In this document: positions 51,690 to 64,000 of the stretch, piece after piece
Layout: every line of letters begins with the position of its first letter
Position numbering within the stretch: the first letter of the stretch is position 1
Source of the DNA: Eledone cirrhosa
Lineage: Eukaryota
Direction of reading: 5' to 3'
DNA length: 64,000 nucleotides
Assembly (NCBI GenBank): GCA_964016885.1
Contig: OZ024743.1
Location: 332,630,001 to 332,694,000 of the forward strand
Position numbers and translations under genes: made by a program
Notes under the pieces: generated by a model
What the model saw: the letters and a program-made list of their open reading frames with translations, nothing else
Told to the model about the DNA's origin: nothing
Databases searched by the model: none

Positions 51690-51896
51690 CAACTGTAAAG
51701 TGGTTGTGTAGGGGTCACGACAAAAAGCACCCAGCACACACTGTAAATGTGATTGGCGCTAGGAAAGGCATCCAGCTGTAGAAAACCAGCCAGAAATAGT
51801 CGTATATGAGCGAGACACGGTCATCCAACCCAACTTGTCTCTAAATGGAACAAACCCGTCTAACCCATGCTAGCATTAAATGATGATGATGATGAT
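51690..51896 (+). mobile_element. RTE 3'UTR-only copy
   Basis: Same 3'UTR motifs and (GAT)n tail. Confidence 0.75.
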
Positions 51897-52009
51897 AAGA
51901 ACCCTTTAAAATAGGTAGCTTTATTTCCTATCAAAGTTGGTTTGGGCCATATTGGTAGCAAAAGGGGTAAATGATTTCTAGCAAACTATTGAGGATAGAG
52001 GTTAGTTGA

Positions 52010-52238
52010 TTAACCCTTTCATGGCCACATTTCTAATGAAATACACTTATCTTAATTATTTAATGAAGAATTTTGTGGATTTACTAAGATTATTTCATTA
52101 CTAAGATAGTAACTTAATGTAAGGTTCTTATATAAAATTGTTGGAAGATTTTGATTTAAATTGGAAACCTTTAAAATGTGTTGTTTTATTTCATAGAAGC
52201 AGAGCTGGTTTTGGTCAGGTTGGTAACTAAAGGGTTAA
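52010..52238. mobile_element. piggyBac-like MITE, degenerate
   Basis: TTAA-CCCTTT...AAAGGG-TTAA termini. Confidence 0.45.
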
Positions 52239-52759
52239 TTGGTAGATCTCATTAGCTAACAAATGAATGTAGAAGTTTAAATTTGATGAACCTCCTTTGG
52301 TTTCTTTCCAGTTTGATCAACGGAACTCCCTGCTCATCCAAGTGGTTGAGCATTCCAGACATGTGCGCCCTTAATGTAATTCTCAGCGAGAGTCAGCATA
52401 ACACAGTGTATGACATAGCTGCCCCATTGACTGATGTGTACAGTCCATGTGATGGACTTCCTCACAGTTTCCATCTACCAAAGTTCAGTGACAAGGCACA
52501 GTGGGATTGAACCCAGGACCTAATGATTGTGAAGTGAACCTCTTAACCAGTCAGCTAAACTGTCTCTCTTAAAGGTTTACATTAGTATTTAGTTCTCAAA
52601 GCAACCCTGTTGTGATTTTGGCATTAAGGCTGTGTTTTCATCCTTTTGAGGTCAATAAATAAAAAAAAACTAGCAGTCCAGTACTGGGATTGATTCGTCC
52701 TCTATATCTCTTTCATTTTCTTTCTCTTCCTTTCTGTATTGTTCTCTGGAAGAAATTTG

Positions 52760-53168
52760 CTCTTTCTCTCTCTCTCTCTCGCTCTCTCTCTTGCTCTCTC
52801 TCTCTTTCTCTCTCTCTCGCTCTCTCTCTTGCTCTCTCTCTTTCTCTCTCTCTCGCTCTCTCTCTTTCTCTCTTTCTCGTTCTCTCTCTCTCTCTTGCTC
52901 TCTCTCTCTTTCTCTCTCTTTCTCTCTCTTTCTCTCTTTCTCTCTTTCTCTTTCTCTCTCTTTCTCTCTTGCTCGCTCGCTCGCTCGCTCTCCTCGCTCG
53001 CTCTCTCTCTTTCTCTCTCTCTTTCTCTTCTCTCTCTTCTCTCTTTCTCTCCTCTCTTTCTCTCTCTCTCTATCTCTCTTTCTCTCTCTCTTTCTCTCTT
53101 TCTCTCTCGCTTTCTCGCTTTCTCTTTCTCTCTCGCTCTCTCTCTTTCTCTTCTCTCTCTCTCTTTCC

Positions 53169-53224
<56 letters not shown>

Positions 53225-53225
53225 G
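52760..53225. repeat. (CT)n-rich pyrimidine tract
   Basis: Direct inspection. Confidence 0.95.
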
Positions 53226-54959
53226 AAACATTTAGTTTTATGGAACTCTGTAACCTTGTGCGTTTGTTTCTGGTGGGCTTGGTAGTGCCAGGTAAAATAC
53301 CTTGCAGTGCTTACTTCCGTCCCATTACATTTTGTGTACAAACACTGCTGTGGAGGATTTTTCTATTTCATCATTTAAAGAAAATGTCTGAGAATTTTAC
53401 TGAAAGTTAGATGGTGTGCTTTGAATAGACATGTATGTGACTTAGTGGTTAGCCTGTTGAACTCGCGTTCATAAGATCTTGGGTTCAATTCCAGGACCTG
53501 GCAGCACATTGTGTTCATGAACAAAACGCATTCACATTGCTTTTCATTATTGTCCAACCCATGCTAGCAGGGAAAAGAGACATTAAATGGTGACATGCTG
53601 TTACATGTGATAAGAAACAAGGGTTGGCACCAAGGAGAGCCTCCAGCCATAAGACACTCCCTCAAAAGGAATTCATGTAGGGGATACTGTGGTAGAGGTC
53701 TACTGTGGTATGTTCTAGATGTGGTGATAGGGTTTCAATCCCTGCTAGAAGACAGATCTTTTATAAGACTGGAGCCCTATCATTAAAGTTCTTGAAAGAA
53801 ACCTATGAAATACAACACCCTAACCACTAGGACATCATTTCTAGGATGTTTGTATGTCTATAGCAGCAACACAACCCTGGATAGAGAAATATACATTATT
53901 GTCGCAGTCATGGTCATCGTCACTGCCGCTGTTATGCTATATAGTGTTTGTGCAGTAGCTATATATCCTTACATGTACATGCATGAAGAAACATTCATTC
54001 ATTCATACATGATGATGATGAATCATTGAAAATTGTGATTTACCCATTAGATGGTGTGTGTGAAGGGAGGGGGTGCTTTAATTAAATTGCCAGTTTCATC
54101 TCAGCTGTTTCAACTATTTACATATAAATTTCAATGCAAACAACTTTGTGTGTATGTGTATAGACTCATTGTCGTCTTTTTTTCCAGCTTGCATGAGCTG
54201 GATGAAATCTTTTGAGGCAGGGTTTCTACAGCTGGATGTCCTTCCTGATGCCAACCCATACCTTATTCAGCATGTGGTGTTAATGTTTGTCAAACTGCTA
54301 CACTGTTTGACATACTGTTTGAGATAATCATCGTTTTGGGGTCCTTCTCAGAACGACATCTCTCCACACATTGTGATCCTTTGTCATCTCCTCTGTGAGT
54401 CTGTCATTTGAGGTCAGCTCTCACAACCTCTACCCAGTTTTTTCTTGATCTTTATCTATCAGTCTGTCTGTTTACGTCAGTGTATGTCGATGTATCTGTG
54501 ATAGTATGTATCTATCAGTGTGTGTATACTTATGTCAATATGTGTGCATGATAAAGTTGTAGATTACAATCATGTTGGCCACCCCTCCCTCCCTCCCTCC
54601 CTCCCTCCCTCCCTCCCTCCCTCCAGTCATAGTTGTAAAAATATTACATTCCTCTATCCTGATTGATATTAATTCATTAACATAAAATTGGAAGGCCTGA
54701 TGAAGATAGACATAATTAATTACAGCATGGTTTTTAGTCTGGTACGCTACAACTTCTTTCTCATCTCTCACCTTAATCATTTCATTGTTGGCTATAGTTG
54801 GTTAAAGAGTGTGTGTGTGTGTTGATACCTGTGTGTGTGTATGTATTTGCCAGGGTGTCTGTGTCGGTGTGTGTGTCTCAGCCTCACCATAATCATTTCT
54901 AACATGAACACAAAGCTACACATTTCCATCGTTAGGCACAGTTGACTACAGCAGCCTCC

Positions 54960-55435
54960 TCAGTTGTACTTCACTACTTTTTATCAATCCTGTAAGGATG
55001 AAAGGCAAAGTTCACTTTGGAGGGATTTCAACCCAGAAAGTAAAGGGACATAATTATGTGCTGTAAAGCATGTTGTCCAGTGCTCTACCAATTATACTGA
55101 CAATCTAATAATTGTTTCTACTTTTGGCACAAGGCCAGCAATTACCCAGTGTATTACTGGTACTTTATTTTATCAACCATGTAAGGATGAAAGGCAAAGT
55201 TAACCTCGATGGGATTTGAACTCAGAATGGCAAGGGCCATAACTCTCTGCGTCAAAGCATGGCGTCCGACCCTCTACCGATACTGCCAATCCACCGCCCT
55301 ATAATAATGGATGAAAATCAAAGTTAACCTCGGCGGGATTTGAACTCATAACGTAAAGGGCCATAACTCTATGTTGCAAAGAATGGTGTCTGATGCTCTA
55401 CTGATACTGCCAAACCACTGCCCTTAATAATAATA
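54960..55435 (-). mobile_element. Three adjacent Meta-like tRNA SINE copies
   Basis: ggatgaaaggcaaagtt...gggatttgaactcag occurs three times; reverse complement of the 14982 family. Confidence 0.8.
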
Positions 55436-55959
55436 AGAAAGCTTGCCAAACAGTTTGGAGGAATCTTCCATTGTCAGACATGACACCTCTAATGTTGGTA
55501 ATATACGCAAAAAATTTACTCGGTACACTTTGTAAAGTTGTTGGTGATAGGAAAGGGGCGTCCAGCCGTAGAAAACCCCTGTGAAACATGAAGTGGGAGG
55601 ACTCTTGTGCTGTGTGAAAGATATGACAACTTCCCTATTGCTGGTGCTGTGATAAAATGCACTCTGCAGAGTGTGAGATCCTATGTAAGCAAGAAGCAGC
55701 CCCACCTCATATCCAGCCAGTCTCAGAGGCCAGTAGCTCCGCTTCAGTACCGACTTGGTCTGTGAAAATCCATCCAGTCCTTAGCCGAGAAAAGTGATAT
55801 TAAATGATGATCGTAGTGGTGGCTCTTGAAACATTGCTGGAAAAGACTGCTTTATTGTGAACTATAGACACACCCAGGTATGTCTAAGGTGTCCTTGTTG
55901 AAACTTGACAGACAATAGAAGATTCAGTAGTGATCATATGTATTGTGAAAACTAGTAGT

Positions 55960-56158
55960 AATGGTTTCCAATTTAGGCAGAAGGCCAACAATTTTAGGGG
56001 AGGGGAATTTAAATCGACCTCAGTACATGACTGGTGCTTTATTTTATTGATCCCTATAAAGATGAAAGGCAAGGCTAACATTGGTATGATTTGAACTCAG
56101 AATGTAAAGGGCCATAACTATATGCTGCAAAACATATCTGATGCTCTACCATATTGCA
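55960..56158 (-). mobile_element. Meta-like tRNA SINE
   Basis: Same family motifs. Further fragments at 41335-41440 (minus) and 57512-57630 (plus). Confidence 0.75.
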
Positions 56159-56328
56159 GGTTAAAAGGATTACAATAAAAAAAATAAGGGGGCAGTCTGT
56201 TATATGTATATATATATTATTATTACTTTCAAAGTAAAGGGTGTCATGAATGATACAAAATCAAACATGTCTTGTCTCTAAAAACAGCTCAAGAGAGAAT
56301 TCAGAGAATAAAATCGAGCCTTAATCAT

Positions 56329-56482
56329 AAGAAAGTGATTGGAATATATTCGTACAAGTTAAGTGTGCACTAAGACATATATCAAAAAATAGAATTAGAG
56401 ACAATCTGTGTAGATTGTCTCTAGTTCTATTTGTTGATGTCTTAGTGCACTCTTATGTGTACGAATATATTTCAATCACTTT

Positions 56483-56485
<3 letters not shown>
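56329..56485. repeat. Imperfect fold-back (~75-80-bp arms) abutting (TA)n
   Basis: aagaaagtgattggaatatattcgtaca...gagacaatct gtgt agattgtctc...tgtacgaatatatttcaatcactttctt. Confidence 0.85.
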
Positions 56486-56534
<49 letters not shown>

Positions 56535-56992
56535 TTAGGGTTATGCCCATTTGATTTCTTACGTATATTTTATTTTAGTGAAATGGTTCCCCAGGGGCTC
56601 AAACCCTCGCCGAAAATTTTTTCCCTTCGATTTATATGAAATTTAAACCATAGACAAGATATGATGCCTATTCACAAAATTTCAGCAAATTTCAATAATA
56701 TTAAAACACCCTAATGGGGGTTCTATTTTTTCCTTATAGCAACACTCAACTTTTCTGACAAACATTGTTTCGCCTGACCAATGTAATCAACGATATTTGT
56801 TTGTATTGTTTCGTAAATGAATTTGAATCCGCTTTTCATTATCTGTCCTATATTTTGATTTCATTTTTGGTCTGAGAGGCATTGGGCATTTTAATAGGAA
56901 TTGGGAATACCCCCAGGTACCTCAGCTAGTGTGTATATGTGTGTGAGTATATATGTGTGTGAGTATATATATATATATATGTGTGTGTGTGA

Positions 56993-57042
<50 letters not shown>

Positions 57043-58079
57043 ATATGTATATATTGATAGGAATGGTTTTGAGTCAAGACAAGATGAAAAGAGAAATTGT
57101 GAGATAGTGTAAAAAGATGGAAACTGCCTGTCTGTGAGAGGGGGGGGGGGTGACCGGCTGTGGCTCTATTTGAACTGATGTCATTGATAGTCATGTGATA
57201 TCTTAGTCACCAAAAAGTATGCTGTGTAGAGATTTTTTATTGATCTGTTTAACTGTCTTTGTGTTGGTGGTGGAATGGTGGGTGGGATGGTTATGGTAGT
57301 GTGGATGTTGGTGTGGTGGTTGTAATAGTAGCAGTGATGGTTGTAGTAGTATTGCTGGTCATGGCACAGTGATAATGGTGGTGTTTAGGCAGTTTGACAA
57401 TGGTTAGGTGCTGTTAACTCTGACGCCACTCTCCCATTCAATAGGTGTTGTACAGTGGAAGATTCTGGATGCCAAACTATTAAAATAAAAAATTAAAGCT
57501 ATTATTATTATGGGGGTCAATAAAATAAAATACCAGTAATGCACTGGGGTTGATTTAATCGACTTTCCCCATCCCCAAAATTGCTGGCCTTGTGCCTAAA
57601 TAGGAAGCCATTATTATTATTATTATTATTAAAGCTATTATTGTATTATAGGAATAACTGTTACTATGACAAAATGTGTGGGAGTGAAGTCTTTTTATAA
57701 CTTAGCTATTTGTCAGGTGATATTTTTCTCTTTTTATTTTATTTACTTAATCCTGTTAGACAATAGAATTAGAGCTGGGTCAAGCTGCAGGGATTGGCTG
57801 AGGAATTACACACAAATGCATGCAGACACACACACACACACAGATGGAGGTGACACACACACATGCAGACATGCACACAGTTTTTATAGGCAAATGTTTG
57901 AGGTGTCTAAGTGATAGTGACTTAATATAAGGCAATAAAGATATCGCTAACAAATTTAGTAAAGCCACCAGATTTGATTCTGGTTCCAAACGGTGTGTGT
58001 GTGTGTGGGGGGGGGGGGGGCAGTATCTTGATCTTTTGAACTCAAACATTAGTTGAAGTGAGTAAATAAAACAATTCGT

Positions 58080-61000
58080 TGCTGCAAAAGGAAGCTGTAC
58101 CTCAATATATTGTAACACTGCCATAGGAAGCTGTACCTCAATATATTGTAACACTGCCATAGGAAGCTGTACCTCAATATATTGTAACACTGCTGTAGGA
58201 AGCTGTACCTCAATATATTGTAACACTGCCATAGAAAGCTGTACCTCAATATATTGAAACCCTGCTGTAGGAAGCTGTACCTCAATATATTGTAACACTG
58301 CCATAGAAAGCTGTACCTCAATATATTGTAACACTGCCATAGAAAGCTGTACCTCAATATATTGTAACACTGCCATAGAAAGCTGTACCTCAATATATTG
58401 TAACACTGCTGTAGGAAGCTGTACCTCAATATATTGTAACACTACTGTAGGAAGCTGTACCTCAATATATTGTAACACTGCCATAGAAAGCTGTACCTCA
58501 TTATATTGTAACACTGCCATAGAAAGCTGTACCTCAATATATTGTAACTCTGCCATAGAAAGCTGTACCTCAATATATTGTAACACTGCCATAGAAAGCT
58601 GTACCTCAATATATTGTAACACTGCAGTAGGAAGCTGTACCTCAATATATTGTAACACTGCCATAGAAAGCTGTACCTCAATATATTGTAACACTGCTGT
58701 AGGAAGCTGTACCTCAATATATTGTAACACTGCTGTAGGAAGCTGTACCTCAATATATTGAAACACTGCTGTAGGAAGCTGTACCTCAATATATTGTAAC
58801 ACTGCTGTAGGAAGCTGTACCTCAATATATTGTAACACTGCTGTAGGAAGCTGTACCTCAATATATTGAAACACTGCTGTAGGAAGCTGTATCTCAATAT
58901 ATTGTAACACTGCTGTAGGAAGCTGTACCTCAATATATTGTAACACTGCCATAGAAAGCTGTACCTCATTATATTGTAACACTGCTGTAGGAAGCTGTAC
59001 CTCATTATATTGTAACACTGCCATAGAAAGCTGTACCTCAATATATTGTAACACTGCTGTAGGAAGCTGTACCTCAATATATTGTAACACTGCTGTAGGA
59101 AGCTGTACCTCAATATATTGTAACACTGCCATAGAAAGCTGTACCTCATTATATTGTAACACTGCCATAGAAAGCTGGACCTCAATATATTGTAACACTG
59201 CTGTAGGCAGCTGTACCTCAATATATTGTAACACTGCCATAGAAAGCTGTACCTCATTATATTGTAACACTGCCATAGAAAGCTGTACCTCAATATATTG
59301 TAACTCTGCCATAGAAAGCTGTACCTCAATATATTGTAACACTGCCATAGAAAGCTGTACCTCAATATATTGTAACACTGCTGTAGGAAGCTGTACCTCA
59401 ATATATTGTAACACTGCAGTAGGAAGCTGTACCTCAATATATTGTAACACTGCCATAGAAAGCTGTACCTCAATATATTGTAACACTGCTGTAGGAAGCT
59501 GTACCTCAATATATTGTAACACTGCTGTAGGAAGCTGTACCTCAATATATTGTAACACTGCTGTAGGAAGCTGTACCTCAATATATTTAAACACTGCTGT
59601 AGGAAGCTGTACCTCAATATATTGTAACACTGCTGTAGGAAGCTGTACCTCAATATATTGTAACACTGCCATAGAAAGCTGTACCTCAATATATTGTAAC
59701 ACTGCTGTAGGAAGCTGTACCTCAATATATTGTAACACTGCTGTAGGAAGCTGTACCTCAATATATTGTAACACTGCTGTAGGAAGCTGTACCTCAATAT
59801 ATTGAAACACTGCTGTAGGAAGCTGTACCTCAATATATTGTAACACTGCCATAGAAAGCTGTACCTCAATATATTGTAACACTGCTGTAGGAAGCTGTAC
59901 CTCAATATATTGTAACACTGCCATAGAAAGCTGTACCTCAATATATTGTAACACTGCTGTAGGAAGCTGTACCTCAATATATTGTAACACTGCCATAGAA
60001 AGCTGTACCTCAATATATTGTAACACTGCTGTAGGAAGCTGTACCTCAATATATTGTAACACTGCTGTAGGAAGCTGTACCTCAATATATTGTAACACTG
60101 CTGTAGGAAGCTGTACCTCAATATATTGTAACACTGCTGTAGGAAGCTGTACCTCAATATATTGAAACACTGCTGTAGGAAGCTGTACCTCAATATATTG
60201 TAACACTGCCATAGGAAGCTGTACCTCAATATATTGTAACACTGCTGTAGGAAGCTGTACGTCAATATATTGTAACACTGCTGTAGGAAGCTGTACCTCA
60301 ATATATTGTAACACTGCTGTAGGAAGGTGTACCTCAATATATTGTAACACTGCTGTAGGAAGCTGTACCTCAATATATTGTAACACTGCTGTAGGAAGCT
60401 GTACCTCAATATATTGTAACACTGCCATAGAAAGCTGTACCTCAATATATTGTAACACTGCCATAGGAAGCTGTACTTCAATATATTGTAACACTGCCAT
60501 AGGAAGATGTACCTCAATATATTGTAACACTACTGTAGGAAGCTGTACCTCAATATATTGTAACACTACTGTAGGAAGCTGTACCTCAATATATTGTAAC
60601 ACTGCCATAGGAAGCTGTACCTCGATATATCGTAACACTGCTGTAGGAAGCTATACCTCAATATATTGTAACACTGCCGTAGGAAGCTCTACCTCAATAT
60701 ATTGTAACACTGCCGTAGAAAGCTGTACCTCAATATATAGTAACACTGCCATAGGAAGCTGTACCTCAATATATTGTAACACTGCCATAGAAAGCTGTAC
60801 CTCAATATATTGTAACACTGCAGTAGGAAGCTGTACCTCAATATATTGTAACACTGCTGTAGGAAGCTGTACCTCAATATATTGAAACACTGCTGTAGGA
60901 AGCTGTACCTCAATATATTGTAACACTGCTGTAGGAAGCTGTACCTCAATATATTGAAACACTGCTGTAGGAAGCTGTACCTCAATATATTGTAACACTG

Positions 61001-64000
61001 CTGTAGGAAGCTGTACCTCAATATATCGTAACACTGCCATAGAAAGCTGTACCTCAATATATTGTAACACTGCTGTAGGAAGCTGTACCTCAATATATTG
61101 TAACACTGCTGTAGGAAGCTGTACCTCAATATATTGTAACACTGCCATAGAAAGCTGTACCTCATTATATTGTAACACTGCTGTAGGAAGCTGTACCTCA
61201 TTATATTGTAACACTGCCATAGAAAGCTGTACCTCAATATATTGTAACACTGCTGTAGGAAGCTGTACCTCAATATATTGTAACACTGCTGTAGGAAGCT
61301 GTACCTCAATATATTGTAACACTGCCATAGAAAGCTGTACCTCATTATATTGTAACACTGCCATAGAAAGCTGGACCTCAATATATTGTAACACTGCTGT
61401 AGGCAGCTGTACCTCAATATATTGTAACACTGCCATAGAAAGCTGTACCTCATTATATTGTAACACTGCCATAGAAAGCTGTACCTCAATATATTGTAAC
61501 TCTGCCATAGAAAGCTGTACCTCAATATATTGTAACACTGCCATAGAAAGCTGTACCTCAATATATTGTAACACTGCAGTAGGAAGCTGTACCTCAATAT
61601 ATTGTAACACTGCCATAGAAAGCTGTACCTCAATATATTGTAACACTGCTGTAGGAAGCTGTACCTCAATATATTGTAACACTGCAGTAGGAAGCTGTAC
61701 CTCAATATATTGTAACACTGCCATAGAAAGCTGTACCTCAATATATTGTAACACTGCTGTAGGAAGCTGTACCTCAATATATTGTAACACTGCTGTAGGA
61801 AGCTGTACCTCAATATATTGAAACACTGTTGTAGGAAGCTGTACCTCAATATATTGTAACACTGCTGTAGGAAGCTGTACCTCAATATATTGTAACACTG
61901 CTGTAGGAAGCTGTACCTCAATATATTTAAACACTGCTGTAGGAAGCTGTACCTCAATATATTGTAACACTGCTGTAGGAAGCTGTACCTCAATATATTG
62001 TAACACTGCCATAGAAAGCTGTACCTCAATATATTGTAACACTGCTGTAGGAAGCTGTACCTCAATATATTGTAACACTGCTGTAGGAAGCTGTACCTCA
62101 ATATATTGTAACACTGCTGTAGGAAGCTGTACCTCAATATATTGAAACACTGCTGTAGGAAGCTGTACCTCAATATATTGTAACACTGCCATAGAAAGCT
62201 GTACCTCAATATATTGTAACACTGCTGTAGGAAGCTGTACCTCAATATATTGTAACACTGCCATAGAAAGCTGTACCTCAATATATTGTAACACTGCTGT
62301 AGGAAGCTGTACCTCAATATATTGTAACACTGCCATAGAAAGCTGTACCTCAATATATTGTAACACTGCTGCAGGAAGCTGTACCTCAATATATTGTAAC
62401 ACTGCTGTAGGAAGCTGTACCTCAATATATTGTAACACTGCTGTAGGAAGCCGTACCTCAATATATTGTAACACTGCTGTAGGAAGCTGTACCTCAATAT
62501 ATTGAAACACTGCTGTAGGAAGCTGTACCTCAATATATTGTAACACTGCCGTAGGAAGCTGTACCTCAATATATTGTAACACTGCTGTAGGAAGCTGTAC
62601 CTCAATATATTGTAACACTGCTGTAGGAAGCTGTACCTCAATATATTGTAACACTGCTGTAGGAAGCTGTACCTCAATATATTGTAACACTGCTGTAGGA
62701 AGCTGTACCTCAATATATTGTAACACTGCTGTAGGAAGCTGTACCTCAATATATTGTAACACTGCTGTAGGAAGCTGTACCTCAATATATTGTAACACTG
62801 CCATAGAAAGCTGTACCTCAATATATTGTAATACTGCCATAGGAAGCTGTACCTCAATATATTGTAACACTGCCATAGGAAGATGTACCTCAATATATTG
62901 TAACACTACTGTAGGAAGCTGTACCTCAATATATTGTAACACTACTGTAGGAAGCTGTACCTCAATATATTGTAACACTGCCATAGGAAGCTGTACCTCA
63001 ATATATCGTAACACTGCCGTAGGAAGCTCTACCTCAATATATTGTAACACTGCTGTAGAAAGCTGTACCTCAATATATAGTAACACTGCCATAGGAAGCT
63101 GTACCTCAATATATTGTAACACTGCCATAGAAAGCTGTACCTCAATATATTGTAACACTGCAGTAGGAAGCTGTACCTCAATATATTGTAACACTGCCAT
63201 AGAAAGCTGTACCTCAATATATTGTAACACTGCTGTAGGAAGCTGTACCTCAATATATTGAAACACTGCTGTAGGAAGCTGTACCTCAATATATTGTAAC
63301 ACTGCTGTAGGAAGCTGTACCTCAATATATTGTAACACTGCCATAGAAAGCTGTACCTCAATATATTGTAACACTGCTGTAGGAAGCTGTACCTCAATAT
63401 ATTGTAACACTGCTGTAGGAAGCTGTACCTCAATATATTGTAACACTGCCATAGAAAGCTGTACCTCAATATATTGTAACACTGCCATAGAAAGCTGTAC
63501 CTCAATATATTGTAACACTGCTGTAGGAAGCTGTACCTCAATATATTGTAACACTGCCATAGAAAGCTGTACCTCATTATATTGTAACACTGCCATAGAA
63601 AGCTGTACCTCAATATATTGTAACACTGCTGTAGGAAGCTGTACCTCAATATATTGTAACACTGCTGTAGGAAGCTGTACCTCAATATATTGTAACACTG
63701 CCATGGAAAGCTGTACCTCATTATATTGTAACACTGCCATAGAAAGCTGGACCTCAATATATTGTAACACTGCTGTAGGCAGCTGTACCTCAATATATTG
63801 TAACACTGCCATAGAAAGCTGTACCTCATTATATTGTAACACTGCCATAGAAAGCTGTACCTCAATATATTGTAACTCTGCCATAGAAAGCTTTACCTCA
63901 ATATATTGTAACACTGCCATAGAAAGCTGTACCTCAATATATTGTAACACTGCAGTAGGAAGCTGTACCTCAATATATTGTAACACTGCCATAGAAAGCT
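58080..64000. repeat. 36-bp satellite (GCTGTACCTCAATATATTGTAACACTGCTGTAGGAA)n, continues past window end
   Basis: Strict 36-bp period with no spacers. Two main variants: ctgtagg and cataga. Confidence 0.98.

Noticed and set aside
53238-53291. Possible plus-strand exon (FMELCNLVRLFLVGLVVP)
   Set aside because: The donor is weak and the apparent acceptor is explained by the adjacent CT tract; unsupported.
52670-53410. RE-rich and LS-rich ORFs
   Set aside because: Artefacts of the (CT)n tract.
57780-63992. 952-aa and 1113-aa ORFs as genes
   Set aside because: Pure satellite translation. A second frame is also open, and there are no unique domains.
58080-64000. CRISPR array (36-bp repeats)
   Set aside because: Units are contiguous with no unique spacers, there are no cas genes, and the context is eukaryotic.

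Overview
Repeat-dominated, AT-rich animal genomic DNA. The SINE and LINE families resemble those of cephalopods (octopus); that assignment is an inference. No multi-exon host gene can be supported, only one candidate micro-exon. Positions 1-29.5 kb are a nest of non-LTR retrotransposons: a CR1-like LINE lacking its endonuclease, one intact full-length RTE-clade LINE (1039 aa: APE endonuclease plus RT with a PHD-type finger inserted in the RT), several decayed RTE copies, an R4/Dong-like fragment and tRNA-derived SINEs. Many of these sit in (TA)n microsatellites. Positions 30-64 kb hold three long satellites (28, 20 and 36 bp units) with higher-order structure, and a 200-N gap. The most notable signal is absent from the ORF track: a cluster of non-coding elements carrying type I hammerhead ribozyme motifs. 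There are four distinct well-formed motifs, one of them present twice in a palindrome, plus degenerate and half motifs. They lie in terminally redundant or inverted architectures typical of Penelope-like pLTRs or retrozymes.
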